Assembly: GCF_018350175.1 (NCBI RefSeq)
Contig: NC_058368.1
Coordinates: 238,516,001 to 238,580,000 of the forward strand
Length of the DNA: 64,000 nucleotides
Direction of reading: 5' to 3'
Source: Felis catus
Lineage: Eukaryota
This document shows, in pieces, positions 47,901 through 59,900 of this stretch. The notes beneath the pieces are model-generated. The model was not told the DNA's origin, made no database searches, and saw only the letters and a list, made by a program, of their open reading frames with translations. Both the position numbers and the translations under genes were made by a program. Numbering within the stretch: position 1 is the stretch's first letter; each line of letters begins with the position of its first letter.

Positions 47901-50900
47901 TTGCCTCTGTCAAGCCGGCCCTGACCATTGTCCTGCCTACTGACTCCCGTCAGAAACCTGGTTCCCATCCCTGGTGGCCAGACGGCCGGGCTGTCCACGT
48001 CTGCCTCCGGGTGTTGCTAGACGTCACACGGTGGATTCCTGTTGGAAACTCTGGAGGTGCCTCAGCACCTCCCACTCACTGCCTGTTCCCCGGAACCTAC
48101 CATGGGCTGACGGCCGCCCTTGTCTCCTTACCCTGGGCTCACGTGGCTCTTGTAGGCTGTGCTTTGCTCCCGTCATCCCGTCCCGTTGACTTCTCTGTGA
48201 CCACGCGATGGCTTTTCCTAACTGTGGGTGGGAGTGTGCCCCCCACCCCCCGCCGGGGCCCCTTTGACCCTTGGAGTAGAAAATGCTGTCTCAGGGCCTC
48301 ACCGGCTCAGCTGGGTCTCTGGGGGCCGCATCCCCCCTTCCCCCAGGGCCACCCGGACTCCCTCCCTAACTTCTCAGGGGTGAGCGGCTGTGATTCCCTC
48401 CTGGCTGTGCCTTAGCTGCGCGCCGGGTTTCCACGTGACGCATCGTGTTCCCATCTCAGTCTCCATCAGCCAGTTACTCAGCTGCTTGTTACTGGTTTTA
48501 TTGACAACAGGAGCTGTGCAGCAGGGTGTGTGTTAGACCCATTTCTCTGAAGCTGTGCAGACACGTGTTCCGTGTGCAGACGTGTGTTCCGTGGGCAGCT
48601 GGTCGCCCGCGGCAGGTTACGGTGCTTGTGCCCCAGGCGTCTCCCTCCCCGAGGGGAGGCGCTGACGGGGGGTGTGGGCGTCCTCGGGGTTGGGCTTGTA
48701 GGTTTTATCAGGTGGGAGCACATTTCAGAATCCTGATGCCTCCGAGTACCTGTTCCCTTAAAGTGTGTGTTCGTGCCTGCAGGGCGCCCGCTGGCTCTCT
48801 CTGGGAGGGTGCTTGCCTCGTGCACACTTCTGATCCTCCCACGGCCTCGTGGTTTGGCTCAGACCAGCAGCACGAGCTGGAGTGTTCATCCTCCCTGCCG
48901 TCCAGCCTGGTGATCTCTGCCACTGGCCTGCAGGCTCTCGTGTCTTTCCCGTGACCTCAGTTGAGCCTGGATGCCCCCCCTTTCTTCCCGATCCGGCCGC
49001 CTTTCCCATGCGGGTCCTCCTTCCCGGTCTGCCCCCGTGCTCTGCGTCTTCTCGGTGTGCCTCCCCCTGAGCAGCACAAGGGCCTAACCCCACCTCGGTT
49101 TCCCCACTGCCTTAGTTCTGTCCCAAGCCGGGGGTCGTTGTGTGCTCTGTGGTCAGTGTGGGCGAGCTTTGTCCCCTGCCCTGCCCTCTTGCACCGTTGT
49201 GTCCTCTGTCCCAGACCAGCTTCTGGACCCCCTTTCTTCTCCTTTACGGTTTCTTCTGTGTCAGTTATTGGTGGTGAAGCCCCCAGCCGTATACATGCCA
49301 CCGCCCCTCACCCTGTGAGACCTACTCGTGACGTTTCTGGGTGCACGTCCCCTGCTGTGCGTCCCACAGGGTGGGGGGCCCTGGTTCATGTCCCTGGGCC
49401 CCTGGCGCGCGTCCCGAGGAGGCAAGGGGGCCCCGGTGTGCGTCCCCAGCCCCGTGTGAGTGTTCGCGGCCCCACGGCGTCTGGCAGCCCTTAGCTCCTG
49501 TGTGGCCACCTCTGCTTGTCTCAACCTTGGCAGGTTCAGCCTGGGAAACCGCAGGCATTTCTGGGTCCTGCTGCGGCTGGTGATGCCGCTTAGCGTCCGT
49601 GTGTCACCGTGTGGAGAGCACGTCTCTGCTTCTCCGTCACCCTGCTTGTAAGCCGGGACTGACGATGGCGCCTCGTCATCTCTGGCCGGTAGAAACGTAA
49701 CGGGGGCACGGGTAACTTCGGCTTTCTGGTAGCCACGTTACAAAGTAAACAAGGAGAGGTGGAGCTAATCTACTGACGTCTTTTCTTAAAGCCCAGCGTG
49801 CCCAGAACATTCTCCCCTCGGCACATGATCGCGAGGAGCATCGTTACCGACGCGCGCCCCTCCTCTGGCTGCGTCCCAGGCCCCCCGCCCCCTTTCAAGC
49901 AGCCAGTGGTGGCCGCCACGGGCAGTGCCAGCGAGGGGAGCTCACCGGGCGCGAGGCCGAGGCCGGGTTCTGTGCCTTTTCCCGTTTCAGGGGCCCGCTG
50001 TGTCCCAGCCGCCGAACACCGCCGCAGAGAGGAGGTCCTGGCCAAGTTCCTGTGCTGGTTGATGGGCACGTACGTGGTTGAGCTGCTCAAGTCCTTTTTT
50101 TATGTCACGGAAACCACATTTCAGAAGAACCGGCTCTTCTTCTACCGGAAGAGGATCTGGAGCCAGTTGCAGAGCATAGGAATCAGGTGTCTTAGTCAGC
50201 GTCACTCGGTCGTGTCTTGTCCGGTCCGTGCAGATGAGAGTCCCGAGTCCTGCCCACCCAGCGGGCTCTGGGCTCCCTGCGGGCCCCTTGCTGGGGGAGC
50301 CACGCTGGGCACAGACTCCTGGCACCAGCCCCCTCCCGCCGCCGCTTACCTGTGTAGTCAGAGTTTGGGCCAGCTGGGCTCTAGGGTCTCCAAAGCACAA
50401 GTTTGTGCCGAGTGGAAACAACCGTACAGACAGGTTGTTGGCTCACCCCTGGCCTACGGCTCAGATTCTGTTTTCGTTCACACAGAATAAATGGGACTGT
50501 GTCACAAGTTGGTAAAACCCGGCCTATTTGACAACGTACCTGGGGGAAGTGTCTGGGGACAGAGGCATCTTCGTGAAACTGCCCCGACGCAGTAAGCTCC
50601 CGCTTGAGTGGCCTCCAAGTGGCTGCTACGTCTGTCTCCGTTGCCCAGAGGCTGTTTTACGTAAAGGACTGAAGGATTGTGGTGAACGTAGGCTGGACGG
50701 GGTCCTGTCAGGGGATGGCGTGACTGTTGGAAACCCGAGCCCTGCATCTCTGCAGCCTGGCCGACGTGCCCAGCGTCCTCTCGGGCCTTGGCAAGGACCC
50801 TAATGGCGGGACCAGGGGTGCTGAGCCGTGTCCGGCATGTGGGTCAAGCCCACGACCTGAGTCGAGATGTCTTCTGCGGAGGAGGCTGGGCCGGAGTCCC

Positions 50901-53900
50901 CTGAGCCATGTGGCGCTGGGGCCCGTGTCCTCCTGCATCTGGAAGAGGGTCTGGAGGCCTTTATCGTAGGTTTGAGTTAACAGACAGCACGGCCTATTTA
51001 ATAACTTAAATATTTCCTGGTACCAGACCCAAAGCAGCCATTGAGGCTTCTTGCGGGGACTGTGGAAACCATCCCCCTGCCCCGGGGGGCATGTGACTAC
51101 CACGGTGGGCTGGGCGGGCCACCAGCCCAGGGAGCACCTGCCCCTGCCTGTGGGTGGTTTTGGGGGAAAGGGTGAAGGTCGCAGGTGACGAGCCGACAGG
51201 GCCACAGAGAGATGCTTCTCTTCCCCTGTGGGGGCCACACCAGTCACCGCCTCCCCCTACCCTTGCCCAAAGGTCCCGCCTGGTCCCAGCCTGTGCCACT
51301 GGCGGCTCTGTGCTGGAAGGAAGCAGGTGTCCTGGCACCCTCGGTGGGAGGGCGCTCCAGCAGGCAGCCGGCCACGGCCACAGCCACAGCGTCCTGGGTC
51401 GCTGGGCGCCTGACTGTGCCAACGTGCGAGCACTGGTGCTCTCTTCCAGGCTTGCCCACCCTGGGCTCTGGCAGGGCCGTTGAGCCGTATCCCACGAGGT
51501 TCTCTGTTTCAGACAACACTTCAATAGTGTGCATCTTCGAGAACTGTCAGAAGCAGAGGTCAGGAGACACCAGGAAGCCAGACCCACTCTGCTGACATCC
51601 AAACTCCGCTTCCTCCCCAAGCCCAGTGGGCTTCGGCCAATCGTGAACATGGACTACGTTGTGGGAGCCAGAACGTTCCGCAGAGACAAGAAGGTCATCG
51701 CTGTTGTTTCGTTTCTAAGCAAAGTGCATTTAAACCCCAGCTTGGTTTTGAGGCCGACAGGAGGCCCAGAGAGGGGCCTGTGGCATCGCCAGATCCACGG
51801 AGGGCAGAGCACACGGGTGGGCCATCCATCCAGGTGTGGAGAAGGAGCTCGGTGGCAGGCCTGTCTTAGGAGATGCCCAAGGTGTCCCCCCACGCCCCAT
51901 CTGTGGCCGGGGGCTCAGCAGGTGAAGGGTGAGCCCTGTCACCAGCTACAGTTTGTATACATAGTTTCCAGGATCGTGGGACAGGTCCCAGGGAGGCCCC
52001 AGGGGCCGGGGGTGGGGCATGGTGGGATCGGCCATCCGGCCCTTCTGGGCGCTGGGTGGGTGAGGGGACGTGCAGAGGCAGGGAGCCGCCTCCTCTCTGG
52101 GGGCCCGGTAGGTGGGGGCGGGGAGGTCCGACCCGGGCCCCCTTTTGCCTGGAGTTCTCTGATGATGCTGCCCGTGTCCCTGGCTGGCCCCACAGGTCCG
52201 GCACCTCACCTCGCAAGTGAAGAACCTGTTCGGTGTGCTGAACTACGAGCGGGCCCGGCGGCCCAGCCTCCTGGGGGCCTCTGTGCTGGGCATGGACGAC
52301 ATCCACAGGGTCTGGCGTAGCTTTGTGCTGCGCGTGCGGGCTCAGGACCCAGCGCCCCAGCTGTACTTTGTCAAGGTGGGCACCTGGCTCCGGTCCCACC
52401 GTACCAGAGGGAGAGCCAGCCGGGGACACGAGGCCCATGGGAGCGGCCCCCCCACCAGCTGGCCCTGCACCGTGGGCTCCGGCCAGGGGGTGGGAGCGGC
52501 TGGCCTTCAGTCCCCTGCGTTCGCCCCAGTGAGGCGCCCCTCGGTGGAGCCACGTCACGTCTCGGGGAACCTGGAAGGACGCAGGCCTCCGCTGGGGTGC
52601 CGAGTCTGGGGGCCACGGGACAGGTGTGTGCGGGGGCAATGGGGCTGTCAGTGGGCGTCAGGGTCTCTTACCTGGGTCTGCTGATGGCAGGACCTGGGAA
52701 CCCCGGGGGCCGGGTGAGCACACGAGCAGCTGTAAACAGACGCCTCCGTTCCCACACAGGTGGACGTGACGGGGGCCTACGACGCCCTCCCTCAGGACAA
52801 GCTGGTGGAGGTGATTGCCAACGTGATCAGGCCTCAAGAAAACACGTACTGCGTGCGCCACTATGCAGTGGTCCAGAGAACCGCCCAGGGGCACGTCCGC
52901 AAGTCCTTCAAAAGACACGTAAGACCCAGAGGGGCCTGTGTTCCACACCGAGGGTGTCTGTGGTGCGGGTGTTTCTTCCCAGGCCCCTGTGCTCACCGGG
53001 GAGCCCCCTCCTCCCACCACTGCCCCCTGTGCTCACCTGACTTCCTCCCTCCAGGCCCCAGGTGGCAGCTGCGGGCTGTGGTCATTGCCCCTGTGCAGCC
53101 GGAGCAAGCCCCTCCGGCACCTAGCACTGAGGGTTGTTAGGACTCCGGAGGGAATCACGGCATTGGCTCATTTCTCTGAAGTCCCTCCTCCCCGGACCTG
53201 CCCCCGTCCATCCTGGCTGCTTAGGTGGCCCCGGACCCCAACCGCCATCCGCTCGGGCTCCACCTGCCACGACAGAGGGGTCTCGGGAAGGTGGGCTGCC
53301 CCCAAAGAGTGGACCCCCAGCGGCTTCCTTCGGCGTGGCCTCAGTTGTCAGGGGGTGACCAAGGGGCTGTTCTGCGGTCTGTGGCCGTGACCTGCTCCCG
53401 GGGCCGTTCCCAACCTCCACTGTCAGACGGCACCTGCCTGCCCCTCATTGCGACTAGGTCTCCCGGCCCCGGGGGGTGTGCACCCGTCTCACGCCCCCTC
53501 CTCTTTGCCAGCAGGTGTCCACCTTCGTGGACCTCCAGCCTTACATGAGACAGTTCGTGGAGCATCTACAAGAGACAAGCTCCCTGAGGGACGCCGTGGT
53601 CATCGAGCAGGTGGGGGTCAGGCAGGCAGCTCGCTGCCAGCATGGGGCGTGGACGTGGCTGAGGCCGCAGTCCGGCCGGAGGAGCCCCCAGGGCAGCCTC
53701 TTAGTGAACCACACTGCCGGAGGCTTGTAGCTGCCTGTGGCTGCCTGTCTCCCTTTCCCACCTGGCCAGGTTCTCTGCTGCAGTCCAGTTTGCTAGACGT
53801 CCTTCCCCTCAGCTTTGACCAAGGCTGGAGGAACAGGTGCCCCCTTCCTTGGGACAAGTCAGATTTGCTCTGTAGCCCCACCTGGGATCGACCACCTAGT

Positions 53901-56900
53901 GGGAACCCGTTTTTCCTGCGTGTAAGCAGGGCTGTTCCTGAGTGTGGGGCCCTCGGTGAGGACCAGCCCACGCAGCACCATAACTGGTTTGTGCAGAACC
54001 AGTTATCAGGGACAAGCTGGCCCACCCACTGAGGCTCTGACGTCCCGACCCCTTCTCCCCAGCCGGGGCCCCACCGGGTGATGCAGGTCACACCCTGGCG
54101 CGTGCCGTCTGGGCCTGCGTGGCTGGAGCCCGGCCGGGGCCACGGGCCACCCGGAGCGGCGTCCGGCACGGTGCACCTGCCTGTGTGCGTCACGCGCCCT
54201 CGCCCGCCCGTGTCTCCCTTTGTTCCCCCAGAGCTCCTCTCTGAACGAGACTGGCCACAGCCTTTTCCACCTCTTCCTGCGCCTGGTGCACAACCACGTC
54301 ATCAGGATCGGGGGCAAGTAAGTCGGGTCCTTGGCACCTTCCCGTCCTGTGAAACCCTCTGTGCTGGGTGGGGTCACGGTCCGGACAGACGCTGTGGCCA
54401 CTCAGCCGGCACGGCAGAAGCGAGGCTCCCGGGGTTCCAGAAGCCCTTTGGCGTTTAAATGCTGGTAGATAGTTTTTCTGTCTGTGCAAACAAGACTTAG
54501 CTTCCCTGGGTAAGCAATTGTACGAGGACCCCAGGGTGCGTCTGCTGAGAGCAGGTCCTGGGGGTTCAGGCTCACAGCCAAGGTTGTTGGAGGTCAGCCT
54601 GGAGGGTGGGCACCTTTCGTGGGACCATGCCCTGTGCGCTAAGGGTGGGAAGCTTTCTGGGAGGGGCTGTTATGTTATGAATGGCCGTAGTTCTTATTAA
54701 AACGTAACTACATGAGGAGGATAAGCCAGCATCTTCCTGAAAAGCACCCTCACGAGTGCACAGCAAGGTGAGCCTTGACGAAGGAAGTGCACCTGCACGT
54801 GCATGTGAGTGGCACCGAGGTCAGAAGGGGACTTTCTCCGTGGACAGGGCCACACCCGTGACACCCACTTGCTGTCTGCTCTGATCTTTACGAAAAGGGT
54901 CGAGCCCCTTGTGGCCATCGCATGTGTGAACAGACCGGTTCACACGCCCCCGGGTCTGCGTGCCTGCGTGTCCGCGGGATGCACGGGAGGCCCGCCGTGG
55001 CCTGCTGCCACCCGCCGCTACCCACGTCCCATCCCCCAGGTCCTACGTGCAGTGTCAGGGGATCCCCCAGGGCTCCATCCTGTCCACTCTGCTCTGCAGC
55101 CTGTGCTACGGGGACATGGAGAGCAGGCTGTTTTCCGGGATCCAGCAGGACGGGTACGGGTCCCCTTTGTGTGTGTGTGTGTGTGTGTGTGGTCCTGCCT
55201 CCAGCCGCCTCGTGTCTCGGGTCCTCTTGACGCGGATGGACCACCCTCTCGTCTTTGTGTCGGGTCACGTGGTGGGCAGCAAGCAGGTCGTGAACACAGG
55301 CTCGTAAGCGGCTGCGAATGCGGCCAAGGCTCGGGCTCCCACCGGAGCCGCACCCTGGCCCCAGAGCCCGGCCGCCGCCCAGCCTGCCCCCCCTTGCCCC
55401 GCCCCGCCCGAGGTGCGAGCCTTGGGTCAGGTTCTCTGGAGAGAGTTACTTCGTTCCCGTCCTGGTGAACCCCGACACGGGGTCCCCCGCTGCAGTGCTG
55501 GGCGGTCCTCTCGTAGGGTGCTCCTGCGTCTGGTGGACGACTTCCTGCTGGTCACGCCTCACCTGGCGCAAGCCCAAGCCTTTCTCAGGTAGGGGCGCTG
55601 CCCGTGTCCCACGGCATGGCTGTGGCTCATGAGCCCTCGCCGACTCGACGGGCGGAGTAGTAGTAATTCTCGCCTGGCGGCCGTGCCTCCCAAGTGCCCC
55701 AGCCTTGGGCGAACGGCGCACTGCGCGTCCCGGCTGTCCTGAGAGCCAGGCGGCAGCCACGCTCGCTGAGCCTCGAGGGGGCTGGAGCCGCGGGCGTGGC
55801 GGCAGGCGTGCGCGCTGCTGTGGGTGGCGGGGAGCGGGCTTGGGTGGCCGGGCAGGCGGGGACTGTGTCCCCGGAGGCCCCCTGCAAGTCAGGGTGTGTG
55901 CTGTTTGGGCAGACAGCAGAAGGGACAGGGACACCCCCGATGGGGCTGTGCCACACACGGAGGGAACAGAGGTGAGGGCTGCACCTGCCCATACGGCTCC
56001 TGGGGCATCTTTCTCTCTGCAGGCCACGTGGGAGGGACAGCGGGTTCAACGGTGCTCCGGGGCCTGGGACCACGTAGGGGGCTGGCTCATGTCTGCAGAG
56101 TGAACATGTGGGGGGCCGGCTCATTTCTCCAGAGTGAAGTCTCAAGTTTGGGGTCCTTGCCTTGGGAAGGGCATCCCCAGCACTGCCCCTCCGGGGCCCC
56201 AGGAATCCGGGGCTGATTTTCAAGTGTGCTTTTCCGGATAAGGAGAAGATCATTAAACCCAGGGGTGTTTGCTCTGGTCACTATGCTATCGTTGGACAGA
56301 GCCATCTGGGCAGCGTCCCTGCACCCCGAGCCTGCCCACAGGGGTTCCCGGCAGCCCGGGGCAGGATTCCCACAAATGTGCACTCCTCAGAGTTCAGCCC
56401 AATGACAAATTCGGATCCTCGGGCACAGCCATGTTCTAAGAGCTCCTTAGCCACACGTGGCCAGTGGCTGCCTGGGGGTTCAGCACGGGGTCCTGCTGCC
56501 ATCACAGAAAGTTCCAGGGATGACGCTACAGGCAGGTGGCTTAGTGTATGTCGGGGTTCCACCCAGGATGCAGACCACTTGGGGCAGACATCCTGTGTCC
56601 AGGGGGAGATTTTTGAGGATTCATTCAGCCCTGGCACCGGTGTGGGTGGGCCTGGAGGCCGGAGGTCCACGGGGCAGGCGCTGGGGCTGTGGTCTCAGGA
56701 AGACGCTCCCTCCTTGGTTCACCCATCCTGTGTGTCAGGCCCTTCCTGATGCAGAGCCCGCCCCATGGCAGACAGTCACTTCCTTTAAAACTGGCATATT
56801 ACAGTTGTGGACCTTGTCAGCCGCCACTGTGACACTGTGACCTGTAGCTGTACATGTGGACGCGGCTGGCTGTCCCCAAGAGGGTTTCAGCCCCTGAGCT

Positions 56901-59900
56901 CGGCCTGCCCCCCGGGCCCCGCCTCCCCCATGGTCAGCTGGTCCCAAGCTGACAGCCCACCTGGGACCTGGGGCCTGGGACCTGGGACCAGGGTCGTCTG
57001 GTGTCTGCTCGTCCCCCAGGTTTCAGCCTCAGCCCTTCCCCGGCCCAGCCACCCTGCTCTGGGCGCTGACCTCGCTCACCCAGAAGCCTGTGTGGACGGG
57101 CCCCTGGAGTCAGAGCAGGGCCCTGCCTGGCTTCCTCGGGCACCTCGCTGGGGCCTGCAGACCCCCTCCGGGTGGCTGATGCGGCCTCTCTGCCCCAGGA
57201 CCCTGGTCAGCGGTGTTCCTGAGTATGGCTGCACAGCCAACTTGCAGAAGACGGCAGTGAACTTCCCCGTGGACACCGGCGCCCCGGGCAGTGCGGCCCC
57301 CCTCCAGCTGCCCGCCCACTGCCTGTTCCCCTGGTGCGGTTTGCTGCTGGACACGCGGACCCTGGAGGTGTTCTGTGACTACTCCAGGTGCGTGTGACGC
57401 GGGTCGGCACTCCCCGTTCCTGCCTCCGCGTGACCCCGAGAGCTCAGGCCAGGGGTGCCCAGCTTCAGAGGGCGCGGTGGGCACTCGCCAGGTGAGTGGT
57501 TTCCTGGGCTTGTTCCTGGCAACAGGAATTTGTGCGGCAGACTTGGGGGTCACCAGTGTGTTCTGCGGGGACCTGCTGGGCACAGGTCTCTTTAGGACCA
57601 GGGCACATGCCGTAACGGCCACCATGGCCTCGCTGGGTCGCCTTTACCCCTCGGGAGCGGGGCCGTGGAGCATGGGGGCTGCTCTGGACACAATACTGTG
57701 GCACCTCAGGCTGCCGGGAAAAATACCACGGGCAGGGCCGCTAAACCAGGTGTTCATGCACTCACATCCTGGAGGCCGTGAGCCTGGGATCCAGGTGCAG
57801 GTGGGCTGGTTTCTCCTGAGGTCTCTCTCCCTGGTGTGTAGACGGCCGTGGTCCCCCTCGGACCTCCTGCCCCCCGTGTTCAAGGGTCACTAGTGTCTTT
57901 TTCTTCCTCTAAGGACATCGGTCCTGTTGGATCTGGGCCTATGGCCCTAGCCTTAATCACTTCTTAAAGACCCTGGGGTCGTGTGGGTTAGGGCTGCCAC
58001 ACATGGATTTTGGGGACACAGTTGAACCCTTAACAGCAGCTTCCCTGAGCCCGCGAGCTCCCAGGCTGAGCTCAGGCTTGGAGCGGACACAGACAGACTC
58101 AGGATGGATGTGGATGCACGAATCTGCCTTTTTATGAATAAAAAGTACAGATTGCAGATTCCGAGGCAGCAGGGGATGGCGGGCCTTCCGCTTTGCTGTG
58201 TTGGTGACCAGCTGTCCTGGCTTGAACACTCCCGGTCACACTCGGTCCCGTTTTAGGGGTGCTCTCTGGGGAGAAGCGGGTGCAGACGCTCCCCGCTGCC
58301 TCAGCCCTACTGCCCCCGCCCCTCGCTCCGGCCCTCATCCGTGCTCCGTCCGGGGGGGCCCTGGCCTCTCCCCCTCCCCCGGCGCCCCTGTCTTTGGTTG
58401 TTCCCGGCTTCCAGCCCTCCCTTGCCGTCTGGGCCCCATCACACTGCCCGGCTCTCTGTGCCCCAACCACACCACTTGGTCATAAACTGCATGCCAGTTT
58501 CCTGCTCCCCAAGAAGCTATGGCCATTTTGGGGACAGCATCCCATCCGGGGACTGTCCCTGGGTAAGGACGATGCCCCAGAGCAGGTGGGTGTCGCCGGG
58601 CAGTTCTGCCCCCTCAGGCCCTGTCAGCAGGTGCCCGTTCACAAAAGCGGCCCCAAAGGCCCAGCCGCGGAGGCAGAGGCGCCTGGGAACCCGCGACGGC
58701 ACTCGAAGCAAGGGCTCGACGGGCCGAGGAGGAGGGTGAGCGCCGTTTCGGGAAGGACAGTGACAATGCAGACCTCCCAGTCTTCCCCGAACCCCAGATC
58801 AGGCGAGGTGGGAGGGTGGGGGGGTGCCGGGCAGTCACACCCGGTGACAGGCGAGTTCGCCTTGGTGCGGCGGTTGGAGCCAGGGTGACTTTATGTCTGG
58901 GCGAGTCGGCCCCAGCCCTGCCACCTGGCGCCCAGGAGACAAAACAGCAGACCCAGCGCAGCAGGTGGGTGGAGGCCACCCTACCTGGTGCCGGGGGCGG
59001 GGGTGGGGCGTGCAGCCTGGGTGGGCCTCAGGCCAGGGGGAGGCGGGGAGCGGCTCTGAGCACCTGTGAGCAGGGAAGGGAAGGCCACCTCGCAGCCACG
59101 TGTCCTCGCTGAACCCGATGTCTGGGGCCCACAGCTGCGTCTTGGGCATGTCCTTCGGGGGCGGGTTAGGGACCTGCCCCGGGTCACCCAGCGTCGCAGG
59201 GAGCGGGATTCGAACGCGGGCCCGGCTCCAGCACTCTTGCTTCCGTGCACCGAGCTCTGCACGGGTGGACGCAGGGGCTTGTAGCAGACGGCAGCAAGAG
59301 GCCACGGTAGCCACCCGGCACGGAGCAGAGGGCGGCGGTCCTGAGTGCGATCGGCCGGGACCAGCCAGTGGAGGCGCTGGCGGAAGGCTCCGCCCACCCA
59401 CCTAGGGCGCTCAGGCTCCCCCCCCCCCCCCCCCCGGGCCCCTCGGCAGTGCTGTGGCTAGCCTCGCGGGCACATTCCTGAGGGTGGGGCAAACTGGACC
59501 GACTTCTCTGGAAAGCAGTAAATTCACATCATGGTCCTTGAAGCGTTCATACGTTTTCCCAGTAACTGCACATCCAGAAACCCATCCTCCAGAAAAAAAT
59601 TCCTGGGGTTATCAGAGATCTCACCTGACCGTTTGGGCCGCGTGACTTAGCACAGCCAACGGCGAAACGACCTAAATCGTGGCCGCGTAGGTGTTGATGC
59701 CTCACCAAGAAGAAACCTTATTCTGCCATTAAAATTGCCGTCAAGAGGCGCCCGGTGGCTCAGTCAACTAAGCATCTGGTTCTTGATTTCCACTCAGGTC
59801 ACGATTCCGGGGTCCTGGGTCCGAGCCCTGAGTCAGGCTCTGCGCTGACGGCACGGAGCCAGCTTGGGGTTCTGTCCCCCTCTCTCTTTCTGAAAATACA

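Noticed and set aside
51529..52320. Read-through ORF across TERT intron 4
   Set aside because: The intron is 502 nt, so retention shifts frame and stops at 52318-52320; at most an NMD target.
43812..59172. Scattered TTAGGG hexamers near and within TERT as interstitial telomeric sequence
   Set aside because: Isolated single copies with no tandem array; expected by chance.
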